Both the position numbers and the translations under genes were made by a program. A DNA stretch of 64,000 nucleotides from Eubacteriales bacterium. GTDB taxonomy: Bacteria > Bacillota > Clostridia > Oscillospirales > CAG-272. This document shows, in pieces, positions 8,981 through 18,548 of the stretch; the stretch's first letter is position 1, and each line of letters starts with the position of its first letter. A model generated the notes under the pieces. It was not told where the DNA came from. It made no database searches and saw only the letters and a program-made list of their open reading frames with translations. The stretch covers positions 691-64,690 of the forward strand of contig JAZQFQ010000092.1 in NCBI GenBank assembly GCA_045539595.1. Reading direction: 5' to 3'.

Positions 8981-10168
8981 TTGATCTCGTTACGCTTCTA
9001 TCTTGACACCCGCAGACCGTCCCGCAGACCGGATGGCCGCTTTCCGCTGAAGCTCGCCGTCACCAAGCGGGGCGACACCGCCCTGCTCCCGGTCGCCGCC
9101 TTCGCCACGCGCGAGGAATGGAACCAGGATCTGCAGCGGATGCGGGGGCGCATGGGCCGGGATCTGGAGGTGAACCGGTATCTGGTCCAGCTGCTCGTCA
9201 AATGCGACGACCTGGTCCAGCGGATGGTGCTGAGCGGCGAGGCCGCGCCCCTGACGGCCAGCGGAGTCCGGGACCGCCTTGCGGCCGTCCTCCTGGACAC
9301 CGGCGCCGGGGTCTCCTTCGGTGAGTATTACGACCGGATCGCGGCGACGAAGCATGGATCCACGGCCCGGACGTTCCGGATCGCGCGCGCCGCCTTCGTG
9401 CGTGCGGATTCCCGCATCATGTCGCGGCCGCTGGCCTCGATCACCGAGAAGGACGTGGCCAGGATTGACACATTCCTGCGCGCGCACTTCGCGCCGACCT
9501 CCCGGAATACGTATATCTCCAAGCTGGCGCACGTCCTGAAGAGCGCCCACAAGGAGGGCCTCTCCCCCGCCGACGCGGGCCGGGAGATCCGTATCCGGCA
9601 GACGACGACGAAGTCCCGGGCACTCACCGTCGAGCAGCTGCGCCTCTTCCTGGGCGCTGAGCCCGAGCGCGAGCGCGCACGAGAGGCGCTGGACTTCTTC
9701 CGGCTGTCCTTCTATCTCCGGGCGATGAACCCGGTGGACATCTGGAAGGCCACGCCGGACTACGTCTTCAACGGACGCCTCCAATACACGCGCAGCAAGA
9801 CCGGGAAGGACTACAGCGTCAAGGTGGAGCCGGAGGCCCAGCGGATCCTCGACGCCAGGAGCAGCGCGTCGCGCCTCTTCGAGACGTCAGCCCGCGATTA
9901 CGGGAATTTCCTGCAGGACACATCGGAAGAGCTGCGCAGGATCGCAAAGGATCTCGAGCTGCCGCCGGTGACGATGTACTGGGCGCGGCATACCTTCGCC
10001 TCCCTGCTCGTCGAGATCGGTGAGACCATCGAGACGGTGGCCGCGGCCCTGGGCCACTCCTACGGCCCGCGGATCACCATGGGCTACGTGACTATCCGGG
10101 AGAAGGCGGTGGACGACGCCGTGCGGCGTCTCTTCGACTACGTGGCAGGCACCTGGGAGCCAGAATAA
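8981..10168 (+). CDS. int: tyrosine integrase (Bacteroidota type with N-terminal arm-binding domain)
   Basis: LRFYLDTRR..DGRFPLKL arm domain; YTRSKTG, YWARHTFAS, LGHS, Y catalytic motifs; TTG start inferred. Confidence 0.9.
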   Translation: MISLRFYLDTRRPSRRPDGRFPLKLAVTKRGDTALLPVAAFATREEWNQDLQRMRGRMGRDLEVNRYLVQLLVKCDDLVQRMVLSGEAAPLTASGVRDRLAAVLLDTGAGVSFGEYYDRIAATKHGSTARTFRIARAAFVRADSRIMSRPLASITEKDVARIDTFLRAHFAPTSRNTYISKLAHVLKSAHKEGLSPADAGREIRIRQTTTKSRALTVEQLRLFLGAEPERERAREALDFFRLSFYLRAMNPVDIWKATPDYVFNGRLQYTRSKTGKDYSVKVEPEAQRILDARSSASRLFETSARDYGNFLQDTSEELRRIAKDLELPPVTMYWARHTFASLLVEIGETIETVAAALGHSYGPRITMGYVTIREKAVDDAVRRLFDYVAGTWEPE

Positions 10169-10215
10169 GCACGGCCCGACGCCCTTATTGTGCAGGAAAG
10201 TTGCAGATTAAGAGG

Positions 10216-10256
10216 CAAAGGGCAGAAAAAAGTGGCTTATTTTCTTGCCCTTTGCA
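10216..10256. terminator. inverted repeat between convergent int and the late operon
   Basis: gcaaagggcagaaaa...ttttcttgccctttgc. Confidence 0.5.
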
Positions 10257-10315
10257 AAAACGCCCGGGACCTCACGGCCGCGGGCGCGTTAACCCATGAA
10301 ACGAAAAAACAGTTC

Positions 10316-10648
10316 TCAGTCACGCCATTGTGCGTAGTGTTTGCGGGATTGCAGATAGTGCGGATCCGCTTCGTGCGCATAGGCCTCGCGCTCGAAGGAG
10401 ATCCGCCGGTATGCCGTGCGCGGATCCTGGCAGAGCCGGACCAGCCACTCGGCAAAGTAGATGAGGTAGAAGGGCAGGATCCCGAGCTCCAGCAGCTGGG
10501 CGGTGTGGATCGCTTCGTGGCTGAGGACGAGCTGACGGATGCACCTGGGGAGCGCGTCCCACTCCTTGCGGCGCACGAAGACCAGGCCCAGGATGTTGAT
10601 GCCCAGGAAACCGGGGAAAGGGATCAGGGAGTTGCGGATGACTTTCAT
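10316..10648 (-). CDS. HExxH-motif protein (putative metallopeptidase-like)
   Basis: SHEAIHTAQ and ISFEREAY motifs. Confidence 0.7.
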   Translation of the reverse strand: MKVIRNSLIPFPGFLGINILGLVFVRRKEWDALPRCIRQLVLSHEAIHTAQLLELGILPFYLIYFAEWLVRLCQDPRTAYRRISFEREAYAHEADPHYLQSRKHYAQWRD

Positions 10649-10652
10649 GCGC

Positions 10653-11171
10653 TCAGAGGTTGACGCGGATGCCGACGAGGATGCCGACGCCCGGGGTGAC
10701 GTTATCCATGCCGGGCTGCCAGAAGACGCCGGGGCCGGCGGCGACGCCCCAGCCGATCCTCTTCCAGCGCTGAGGGCCGGGGACCTGGACGGACTGCGTG
10801 ACGATCTGCGTCTTGGGGTACACCTCGATCCAGTCGAGCGACGGATCCACGCCGGAGACCTGGGCGCGGTAGTCCTCGCCCGGGTACTCCCGGACCTCGC
10901 GCGGAAGGGCGACGAAGAGGGTGTCGTGGATGCGGACGGTGTCGGTCACCGGGAAGAGCTGCGGCCGCTCGATGCGTGCGGTCACGTAGAAGGGCCCCAG
11001 GACGCGCAAAGTGTCCCGGACGACCAAGGTGTCGGCCTTGACGTTCACGGCCGGCTGTGGGCTCCGTTTGCCCGCCTGGCGGCCGATATGGAAGGACGCC
11101 GCCGTCCATAGGATGAAAGCGGCGCCGATTCCGAAGGCCATGGCGGCCAGTCTCACTCGATCGTAATCCAT
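10653..11171 (-). CDS. putative spanin / lysis-associated membrane protein
   Basis: N-terminal TM, DTLVVRDT repeats, C-terminal beta-strands; follows the endolysin. Confidence 0.6.
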   Translation of the reverse strand: MDYDRVRLAAMAFGIGAAFILWTAASFHIGRQAGKRSPQPAVNVKADTLVVRDTLRVLGPFYVTARIERPQLFPVTDTVRIHDTLFVALPREVREYPGEDYRAQVSGVDPSLDWIEVYPKTQIVTQSVQVPGPQRWKRIGWGVAAGPGVFWQPGMDNVTPGVGILVGIRVNL

Positions 11172-11629
11172 ATTTCCTCCTTCCGCTGGTAGGCGGGCCA
11201 GATGTAGAAATTCATGAGATCCTGGAAGGCGGTGACGGAGTCGAAGACCCGCCCCCGGATTCCGGCCCGCAGCATCCCCGGAAGGATGCAGCCGGCGGTG
11301 TCGGCGGGGACGTTGCCCGGGTGGATCATGACACCCTCGAAGCCGGGGACGTTCAGGAGATAGGGCATCTTGCCGCCGTAGGGCTTGGCGTAGTATTTCG
11401 AGCCGAAGGTTGGCGACTTCCGGAGCTGGATCTTGTAAGTCCCGCGCGGGATGGCTGTCTTGCCCTTCACCTTCCGGGCCTTGATTTGGGGCAGCGCCAT
11501 GTCCTGACGGAGTCCCCGGTCTTCCGGCTCGAGGGTCCAGCAGATGAAGCCGCCCTCGTCCGTGCTCAGGCGCGCGTGCGTGTAGCCCGCGGCGCTCTCG
11601 TACTGGTTACGCTTGATCCGGATCTCCAT
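11153..11629 (-). CDS. putative endolysin, DUF5675 (L,D-transpeptidase-like) family
   Basis: TLEPEDRGL, TAIPRGTY, GVMIHPGNVPADTAGCILPG. Confidence 0.8.
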   Translation of the reverse strand: MEIRIKRNQYESAAGYTHARLSTDEGGFICWTLEPEDRGLRQDMALPQIKARKVKGKTAIPRGTYKIQLRKSPTFGSKYYAKPYGGKMPYLLNVPGFEGVMIHPGNVPADTAGCILPGMLRAGIRGRVFDSVTAFQDLMNFYIWPAYQRKEEIWITIE

Positions 11630-11930
11630 TGTCTGTGGTTTCTGGTTCTTGGGGGTTTCCGTCCAGGTCCTTGATCTCGACGGTGGTCTCACCATGGGTG
11701 AGCTTGATGCCGAGCCCCTCCATGACGGCCTCGCGCACCACGAAGAGGGCGGCGAAGCCGAAGAGGAGGGACGCGGCTCGAAGCACGGACGGGTCGATGA
11801 TGCCGGTGGGCGGCACGACGAAAGAAGCCGTAAGCAGGCCCAGCGACGCGGCCAGGCAGACCCACAAGGCGATGGTCGTCGAGGTCTTGACCTTGCGCGT
11901 CAGGGCGCGGAATTTCGACAAGCGGTCCAT
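11607..11930 (-). CDS. putative holin
   Basis: two TM segments flanking VPPTGIIDPSVL; upstream of the endolysin. Confidence 0.65.
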   Translation of the reverse strand: MDRLSKFRALTRKVKTSTTIALWVCLAASLGLLTASFVVPPTGIIDPSVLRAASLLFGFAALFVVREAVMEGLGIKLTHGETTVEIKDLDGNPQEPETTDNGDPDQA

Positions 11931-11931
11931 T

Positions 11932-12276
11932 TTATCCTTTTTCTTTCAGTCTTTGAATCTCGGCCTCCCACTCTTCGGGGCTGACCTCAACGGCCCGGAC
12001 CTTGATGGTCTTGTAGCCGAGGGCTATCTGCGCTGCCGTGCGGTGGTGGCCGTCAAGTAGATAGATGTCTCCTCCGACCTTGATGCCTGCGGGGAAACCA
12101 TCGGGGGTGCGCCCTTCCTCATAGGCTTTCATGAAGTGCTTAACGGATTCGTTCCGCACGCTCCTCTGCGTGGGATGAATACATGATGCCGCCACTTCAA
12201 AAACATCGCCGCGTAGGTAATTCAGTCTGGAGAAGCGATATGCTGCGAAGCACTCCTCAGGCTTAAGCGGAAACAT
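11932..12276 (-). CDS. ParB/Srx N-terminal domain protein
   Basis: IHPTQ...IYLLDGHHRTAAQ motif. Confidence 0.75.
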   Translation of the reverse strand: MFPLKPEECFAAYRFSRLNYLRGDVFEVAASCIHPTQRSVRNESVKHFMKAYEEGRTPDGFPAGIKVGGDIYLLDGHHRTAAQIALGYKTIKVRAVEVSPEEWEAEIQRLKEKG

Positions 12277-12685
12277 GAGGACCCCAATAATAAATAGTAC
12301 CTTGGTTCAAATAGACCTCAATTTCATTCCAAATACCATTATGTTTGTATGCTCTAGCCACATATAAAAGAGTTTCGCTCTGAGTCCGATTATTTGAAAC
12401 AAACTGTCTTTGTCCAGCAACTTCAATTATCGCAAGATTAATATCATTGTTTACTATTTTTTGGGCCGTTTCGAGTGAAAGGCCCGCTCCCGCAGCAAAG
12501 TCCTCGACGGATGAATAAGCCGAGGAATATATATACTCAGGGTTTGAAGTGAATTTAATCACAGGAAGACCCATTGTATCCACCATTGCCAGTAACACCT
12601 CCTGCAAGGCGGTGCCCGTGATGGCTCCCTCGGTGTTCTCGTAAACAGCTGCCTGGATGGCGGCTTTTAATTCTGCATTTGTCAT
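12263..12685 (-). CDS. putative tail fibre / decoration protein with a low-GC variable C-terminus
   Basis: N-terminal ENTEGAITGTALQEVLLAMV motif; abrupt AT-rich 3' part. Confidence 0.55.
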   Translation of the reverse strand: MTNAELKAAIQAAVYENTEGAITGTALQEVLLAMVDTMGLPVIKFTSNPEYIYSSAYSSVEDFAAGAGLSLETAQKIVNNDINLAIIEVAGQRQFVSNNRTQSETLLYVARAYKHNGIWNEIEVYLNQGTIYYWGPHVSA

Positions 12686-12697
12686 GATTTTTTGATT

Positions 12698-13063
12698 TTA
12701 GCGGTTATCGAATGAATCGTTGAAGGAATTGTTGAAAGACCCGCCCTTGCAGGCGTTGGGGTCGAAGGCGACAACCTTCTCCCAGTAGCCGCCGTCGGTC
12801 GTGATGAAGAGGACGATCTGCCCTTCGTTCACGGACTGGCTGGAGAAGCCGCGGTAGGTGCCGCCGGCCAGGGCCGCGACCATCGCAGGCGCATAGATCC
12901 TGCCGGGCGAGGAGTTGGGCTGGACGACGCCGAGGAAGCGGTGATAGACGTCCATCTCCACCTCGGCGAGCGCCGCGGCGATGTCCTCGGCGCTCATCTT
13001 GATCGCGCCGTCCCGGAGGATGGCCGCGGTCATTTGGTTGACTTGCTTGGTGTTCATATTCAT
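12698..13063 (-). CDS. virion structural protein with C-terminal SFNNSFNDSF motif
   Basis: ORF in the late operon. Confidence 0.6.
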   Translation of the reverse strand: MNMNTKQVNQMTAAILRDGAIKMSAEDIAAALAEVEMDVYHRFLGVVQPNSSPGRIYAPAMVAALAGGTYRGFSSQSVNEGQIVLFITTDGGYWEKVVAFDPNACKGGSFNNSFNDSFDNR

Positions 13064-13074
13064 TCAATATTGGT

Positions 13075-14670
13075 TTATACGAAGGCCACGGTCCAGCCCT
13101 TGGCCTGCGCCGCCGCGATGGCGGACGCGGACACCTCCGACTGGTGAAGGGCGGAGAAGGTCACGCTGTAGCCGTGGCCGCTCTCGTCCTTGATGTTGTT
13201 GAGGATGTAGTCGATGCTGGCCGCGTCCATCTTGGGGATATAGGTGTATGTGGTGCGGTCGGCGAAGTTCCAGGAGTTGTTACCGAGGTTGACGATGCGG
13301 ACATCGGTGAGCTCCGGACAGTCGAAGAGATCCCCGGAGAGTGCGGCCTGCTGCTGGTCGTCGGCCGTGCAGCCGGCCAGGCTCACGGCGTTCATGTTGA
13401 GGCGCGGGCCGATGGATTGCAGGGCGTTGGCCTTGAAGAGGTGGCGGCAGTCCGCGGATCCCCGTGTGCCGTCGAAGCGCGGGTAGATGGTATTGTACTC
13501 CGAATCCCGGCCCCAGGCGGTGACGTAGGGGATGGAGAGCAGCGCGTCGCAGCCGTCGAACATGTTATGCGCGGTGCGGATCGCGTCCCAGCGGAAGGCG
13601 CCCGTGATGGTGAGGGTCTCCAGTACTGCGCAGCCTTCGAACATGCCGGTCACGTCGTGGCAGACGAAGAGGCCGCCGAGGTTGAGGGTGAAGGTGCGGG
13701 TGGTCTTCATCATGGTGAACATCACCTGCGCCACCGAGGAGAAGTCCCCCCGGATGGTCACCTCCAGCGCGGCCGGAGTGTTGCGGAAGCCGAGGGTGTC
13801 GTACATCTGCTCCTTGGCTGCGTTGTATCGTGGTGCGAATATGCCCTCGGACTGGTAGGAGCCCCAGGGGTAGTCGGCGGCGACATAGGCGCCACCGGCG
13901 AAGGAGATGGCGAGGGACGGGATGGCCTTGACCGCCCAGAGCAGCGCGCCCCGCGGGGTGAAGTTGAGCTGCTGCCCGGTGTAGATGGCGGCGACCGCCT
14001 CGGAGCTCCAGCCGGCCGGGAGGGCTTCGTTCCAGACGATTATGCTGTTCTTGCCTTCGACCAGCTGCTTCTCATTCCGTGCCACTTCGGCGAGGTCGAT
14101 TATCTGCTCCATCGTGTAGGGGCAGGTGTCAAGGATGGAGACGCAGTCTCCGTGCGCCCCCTCGATCTTGGAGGCGTAGCCCTCGTCGATGAGGTCCTGA
14201 ACGTACTTCTCAACCACTACCGGAGGTGTCGGAGGGTCGGGAGGAGCTGGAGGGTCGAAATCATCCGGGCAGATCCAGTCGATGGGGACCTGGAGATTGA
14301 CGGACGCGAAGACGCCCGCGCACTCGTCCAGGAAGCGCTGGCGGAAGGTCTGGGCGGTCCAGGATCCGTCGGGCAGGATGCCCCACTCCTCCAGGGTCCG
14401 GATGATGTTGCTGAGCGTCTGGATCCCGACGGACTGGATCTCCACCTCGTTGGCCAGGTCGGCGGTGAGCCGGTCGACGTAGAAGAAGGTGAAGACGAAG
14501 GTCTGCATCTCGTCGCCGATCTCGTGCTGGCCCTGGGTCCATGCGAAGACGCCGTACCTGGCGTCGGGGAGGGTGTTGAGCCGGAAGATGTCGTTGGCGA
14601 CGATCTGGTTGACGGACGGCTGCCGGAGGGCTGCCGCTTCGATGGCCTTGACGGTTTCCAGGAGAGTCAT
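13075..14670 (-). CDS. tail-terminator-like domain fused via a Pro linker to a BspA/LRR-like domain
   Basis: N-terminal ~135 aa (FFYVDRL, QRFLDECAGV), DPPAPPDPPTPP linker, MFEGCAVLETL / MFDGCDALLSI repeats. Confidence 0.65.
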   Translation of the reverse strand: MTLLETVKAIEAAALRQPSVNQIVANDIFRLNTLPDARYGVFAWTQGQHEIGDEMQTFVFTFFYVDRLTADLANEVEIQSVGIQTLSNIIRTLEEWGILPDGSWTAQTFRQRFLDECAGVFASVNLQVPIDWICPDDFDPPAPPDPPTPPVVVEKYVQDLIDEGYASKIEGAHGDCVSILDTCPYTMEQIIDLAEVARNEKQLVEGKNSIIVWNEALPAGWSSEAVAAIYTGQQLNFTPRGALLWAVKAIPSLAISFAGGAYVAADYPWGSYQSEGIFAPRYNAAKEQMYDTLGFRNTPAALEVTIRGDFSSVAQVMFTMMKTTRTFTLNLGGLFVCHDVTGMFEGCAVLETLTITGAFRWDAIRTAHNMFDGCDALLSIPYVTAWGRDSEYNTIYPRFDGTRGSADCRHLFKANALQSIGPRLNMNAVSLAGCTADDQQQAALSGDLFDCPELTDVRIVNLGNNSWNFADRTTYTYIPKMDAASIDYILNNIKDESGHGYSVTFSALHQSEVSASAIAAAQAKGWTVAFV

Positions 14671-15239
14671 CAGCAGCAGCCCCCTCCCCCGGGCAGGCGG
14701 CGGCCGCGGGGACCGCCGAGCCAGATGCCGCAGCTGGCGGAGCTGCGGAGGTTCGCCTCCATGGCCGCGCAGTCACACGCCCGGAGCTCCGGGAAGGCCG
14801 TGCGGTTCTGGAGGATCCAGCGCTGCAGGTCGCGGCAGCAGCCGTCGGCCTTGCTCTGGTAGTAGAACTGCTGCTTGGCCACCTCCTCCTGGGGGGCGAC
14901 CGTCAGGTTCTCGTCGTTGGACTTGGCGAGGCCGAAGTTTCCGATCTTCCAGGTGAGCTTCGGGAGCAGCAGGGCGATGGCCGTGTATGCCAGGAAATAC
15001 TGCGCCCGGTCGAGGAGGTCCTTGTAGGCCGCGTATTCCTCGTCGTTGATGGGAACGACGCCGCCGGACGGCGTGGCCAGCTCCTTGAGTTTCGCCAGCA
15101 GGCAGTCGCCCACGACGCCGCGCAGCCCGATCTCCTGGGCCTCGCGGATGGAGGGCTGGAGGAACTTGCCGGCGACGTTGTCGGAGATGTTGCTGACGCC
15201 CTTGACGAAGGTTTCGGAAGTGAGGAGGATTTCTGCCAT
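14670..15239 (-). CDS. head-tail connector (adaptor) protein
   Basis: FLQPSIREAQEIGLRGVVGDCLLAKL; follows the portal. Confidence 0.7.
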   Translation of the reverse strand: MAEILLTSETFVKGVSNISDNVAGKFLQPSIREAQEIGLRGVVGDCLLAKLKELATPSGGVVPINDEEYAAYKDLLDRAQYFLAYTAIALLLPKLTWKIGNFGLAKSNDENLTVAPQEEVAKQQFYYQSKADGCCRDLQRWILQNRTAFPELRACDCAAMEANLRSSASCGIWLGGPRGRRLPGGGGCC

Positions 15240-15251
15240 GGCTGTGCGGTT

Positions 15252-16406
15252 TTAGTTGACGTTTGCCTCCGTGGAGCCTTCCAGGGAGAAGGGCACGATG
15301 GTGAAGGCGGCGGTGCCGTAGATCTTCGTGAAGGCGTCCAGGATCTTGCGCTGCATGGGCCGGATCTGCGTCCGGTTGAAGAGCTTGAAGGCGGACTCGT
15401 ACTCCTCGGAGCTGAAGCCCAGCGACTCGGTCGGGATGCCGAAGAGGTTGGGGTTGGCGCGGAAGGCCGTGAAGATGGCCTGGCGGCTGCGCTTGGCCAG
15501 CGCGTCGTAGCGGGCGCCGAAGTCCTCCACCTTGGGGACCTCGATGGTCGCGGCGTTCTCCTTGTCGGGGTTGAAGCTGACCATGATGCGGCCCGCGTTG
15601 AAGTGTCCGCCGAATTTCTCATTTATGCCCCGCTCGATCTCTTCCTTCTCGGCGTCCTCCGGGACCCCGTTGTTCATGTTGACGATGGCGGAGGCGACGA
15701 AGCCGTTTTCCAGGTTGTTGAGGTGGAAGTCGTCGATGCAGCGCTCGATCTCGCAGGCCTTGACGGCCGCGGCGAAGGGGCTGCGGGGGTAGACCTTGCC
15801 GGGGCGGACCTTGACGTAGAGGACGGAGGAGACGAGCTCGTTGCGCTGCTCGTCGGTGAGGGAGGCCCACTTCTCCTTGACGGAGGCCATGAAGGCGGGC
15901 ATCTGCTCGGCGTCCGGGCGGGAGGTGCCCCACTTCTCGGAATACCAGAAGACGGTGTTGTCCTTGTTGGTGCGGAGGTCCTTGAGGTCGATGGCGTAGA
16001 GCTCGGCCACGCCGCCGACCTTGTTGCGGACGACCTCGATGGCGAAGCCGCCGTAGGTCCAGGCGTTGCGGGCCAGCTCCTTGACGAGCTCGAGGGCGGT
16101 CTGGCCGGACTTGTTGACGACGCGGTCGCGCTCGCCGTTTACCAGGACGTCGTCGCCGGCGGTGTAGTCGGTGCAGCCCTCGATCACGGTGCCGAGGGTG
16201 GTGACGGTGTCGGCCAGCTCGGCGAGGTAGCCGGGATAGAGGTCGCGGTCGCCCCAGCGGTAGCGGTCGGTGGCGCCCACCTTCGACTCCGTCGGGGCCA
16301 CGATGGTCGTCTCGACGTACTGGTCGATGGCGGCGAAGGTCACGGCCGTCCTGGACTCAGAGGACCTGGGGGCGGTCGTGGCGGGTTTCATTTCCGTATT
16401 GCTCAT
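15252..16406 (-). CDS. portal protein
   Basis: WGDRDLYP, FHLNNLENGFVASAIV, KFGGHFNAGRIMVSF, PNLFGI motifs. Confidence 0.85.
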   Translation of the reverse strand: MSNTEMKPATTAPRSSESRTAVTFAAIDQYVETTIVAPTESKVGATDRYRWGDRDLYPGYLAELADTVTTLGTVIEGCTDYTAGDDVLVNGERDRVVNKSGQTALELVKELARNAWTYGGFAIEVVRNKVGGVAELYAIDLKDLRTNKDNTVFWYSEKWGTSRPDAEQMPAFMASVKEKWASLTDEQRNELVSSVLYVKVRPGKVYPRSPFAAAVKACEIERCIDDFHLNNLENGFVASAIVNMNNGVPEDAEKEEIERGINEKFGGHFNAGRIMVSFNPDKENAATIEVPKVEDFGARYDALAKRSRQAIFTAFRANPNLFGIPTESLGFSSEEYESAFKLFNRTQIRPMQRKILDAFTKIYGTAAFTIVPFSLEGSTEANVN

Positions 16407-16737
16407 ATTGGATCGTTTTTTCGTATTGCTCCCGCGGGACGGCGTAATCGCCGACGATGAGCAGGCCCTCGCTCAGGACCTTGCCGTCCTCGCCCAGCCG
16501 CAGGATGTAGGTGTACTCCCCGGCGGCCATGCCGTCCGGAAGGGTCCAGCCCTCGAAGCGGCGGAAGAAGTAGAGGGGCGTCACTCCGTCAGGCTCCCAC
16601 TCCAGGGTGACGGTGGTGAGGTTGACGTTGCTCCGGACCTCCAGCCTGGGGGCGGGATCCCCGTCCGCCGGGATGTAGCCGGAGGCGTTGGGGATGTAGA
16701 TGTCGAGGGCTTCCGCCGTGATGGGCCAGTAGATCAT
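16357..16737 (-). CDS. structural protein upstream of the portal
   Basis: GEYTYIL..LSEGLLIVG; first gene after late promoter copy 1. Confidence 0.7.
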   Translation of the reverse strand: MIYWPITAEALDIYIPNASGYIPADGDPAPRLEVRSNVNLTTVTLEWEPDGVTPLYFFRRFEGWTLPDGMAAGEYTYILRLGEDGKVLSEGLLIVGDYAVPREQYEKTIQYEQYGNETRHDRPQVL

Positions 16738-16747
16738 GCCGTTCTTC

Positions 16748-16782
16748 TTTTCCGGGAAATACCCAGCGGTCGGAATTTGTTA
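16748..16782 (-). promoter_or_regulatory. putative phage late promoter, copy 1
   Basis: TAACA-N14-GGTATTTCCCGGAAAA about 10 nt upstream of an ATG. Confidence 0.75.
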
Positions 16783-16923
16783 AAAAGGGCGATTTCGCGG
16801 CCTTGAAGGTCCGGGTGGTCCGGATGCCCGGCCGGGCGGTTCGCGCGTCTCCTGGGGGCGCAGGAAACGCAAAGGCGCGGCCCAAGCGGGTCGCGCCTCG
16901 GTGCGGTTGCAGGTCTGGGGCCG

Positions 16924-17448
16924 TTAGTTTACCGGTGCCTGGTAGGAGAGCAGGCCGTCGATGATGGAGGCGTCGACCTCGTAGGGCAGCTCGAGCGAGT
17001 TGTCCTCCAGGGTGATGCCGTAGCCGTTGCGGTCCGTGCGGACCGTGCCGGTGCCGGCGTCCCCGGTGTTGAGCTCCAGCGGGTTGTCCTTGCCGAGATA
17101 CCAGTACTTGCCGTTGGCGTCCTCGACGATGGCCACGGCGTCGGCCTGGGCGAGCGCCATGACCGCGATCCGCTTGCTGGTCTCCATGCGGGAGAAGACC
17201 ATGGCCAGCAGGGTCTGGACGTACTTCGCGCCTCCGTCGCCGATCTGCCAGGTGCTGGCGAAGTTGGCCGTCTGCGGGCGGAAGTTGAACTCGACGAAGG
17301 CCGCGCTCTTCGTGATGGCGGTGATGATGTTGTCCGTGACCGTCACGCTGGTGACGTCCGCGGCGTTGGCCGCCAGGACTCTCTTCACGCCGCCCAGATT
17401 GACGGCGCAGTCCTTGGCGATGCCTATGAGGGTTTGAGAGCAGGGCAT
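16924..17448 (-). CDS. major tail tube protein
   Basis: C..NLGGVKRV, IVEDANGKYWYLG, GTGTVRTDRNGYGITL. Confidence 0.75.
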   Translation of the reverse strand: MPCSQTLIGIAKDCAVNLGGVKRVLAANAADVTSVTVTDNIITAITKSAAFVEFNFRPQTANFASTWQIGDGGAKYVQTLLAMVFSRMETSKRIAVMALAQADAVAIVEDANGKYWYLGKDNPLELNTGDAGTGTVRTDRNGYGITLEDNSLELPYEVDASIIDGLLSYQAPVN

Positions 17449-17525
17449 ATTGCTTGGTTTTTGTCGTTACAATCGAAAGAAGGACGGGCGCGGGCCCGCC
17501 CTTCGGGATGGATTCGGTGGCGCGA

Positions 17526-18530
17526 TTAGGTGTGGTCCTGGGTGACGTCGGAGGCGCAGACGCAGCTGGCGATGTTGGCGACGGCCTGGGCGAGGGACTC
17601 GGAGGCGGCGACGCTCTGAGGCTCGGCGGCGAGGACCACGCGGTCAGGGAAGGCGATCTGCACACCCGCGGCCCAGCGGACCTTGATCAGGAAGACCTCG
17701 TCCTTCTCGTCGTAGGTGATGGAGAAGTCCTCCATGTCGGACTCGAGGTCGGTGCCGAAATAGAGGTTGCGGTCGTAGGTGGCCAGGGCATAGCCGGACT
17801 CGGCCAGGCCCTCGACGCGCACGACGCGCACGTTGGTGCCGGGGACGATCCACTCGGTCGGGGCCTCGTTCTGGGGGCCGCTGTAGTGGAAGAGGTTGGC
17901 GTTGACCAGCTCGAGCAGGTAGCCCTCGAAGGCTTCCGGGCTGAGGTTGATGACGGCGCCGCGCTTGCGGGCAGCGGTCGGGATCACGGCCAGGACCTGG
18001 GCGACGAAGCCGCTCCAGGTGGTGGCGGTGATCGTCGGCGTGACGGTGTCGGCCTCGGCGCCGGCGATCTTCAGCAGGCCGTCGAAGTTGGCGAGGTTGG
18101 CGTCCTGGCTGTCGGTGTCGCCCTGCCAGATGGCCTTCTCCATGGCCTCGCGGATGAAGGCCACGATGGCCTCGGTGATCTCCTGCTCGAAGGGCAGGGG
18201 CTGCTCACCGGCACGGGTGCGGATGAGGTACTCGGCGAAGGTGCCGCGGAGCTTGTCCGGGCAGACGTCCATGTTGATCTTGATGACCGCCACGTTGAGG
18301 TCGCGGTCGGTGAGCTCGAAGTCGCCCTGCGGGGTGAAGCCGCAGCCGGCGCCCGGCTGGAGGACCGGGGTCACGTCGAGGTAGTTCAGCACGGCGGACT
18401 TCTTGATGCCCGTCTGCTTCGCCATGCGGTTGATGGTCGGGCCCTGGATAGCGACCTGGTCGATCAGGACCTCACGGTTCTCCTTCACATAGGCGGGAAG
18501 TTCCGTGACGATGAAATTGTTGGTAGCCAT
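17526..18530 (-). CDS. major capsid protein (HK97 fold)
   Basis: GCGFTPQG, IWQGDT, FDGLLK, NLYFGTDLESD motifs. Confidence 0.85.
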   Translation of the reverse strand: MATNNFIVTELPAYVKENREVLIDQVAIQGPTINRMAKQTGIKKSAVLNYLDVTPVLQPGAGCGFTPQGDFELTDRDLNVAVIKINMDVCPDKLRGTFAEYLIRTRAGEQPLPFEQEITEAIVAFIREAMEKAIWQGDTDSQDANLANFDGLLKIAGAEADTVTPTITATTWSGFVAQVLAVIPTAARKRGAVINLSPEAFEGYLLELVNANLFHYSGPQNEAPTEWIVPGTNVRVVRVEGLAESGYALATYDRNLYFGTDLESDMEDFSITYDEKDEVFLIKVRWAAGVQIAFPDRVVLAAEPQSVAASESLAQAVANIASCVCASDVTQDHT

Positions 18531-18548
18531 AATTGCTGAGGGATTTGA

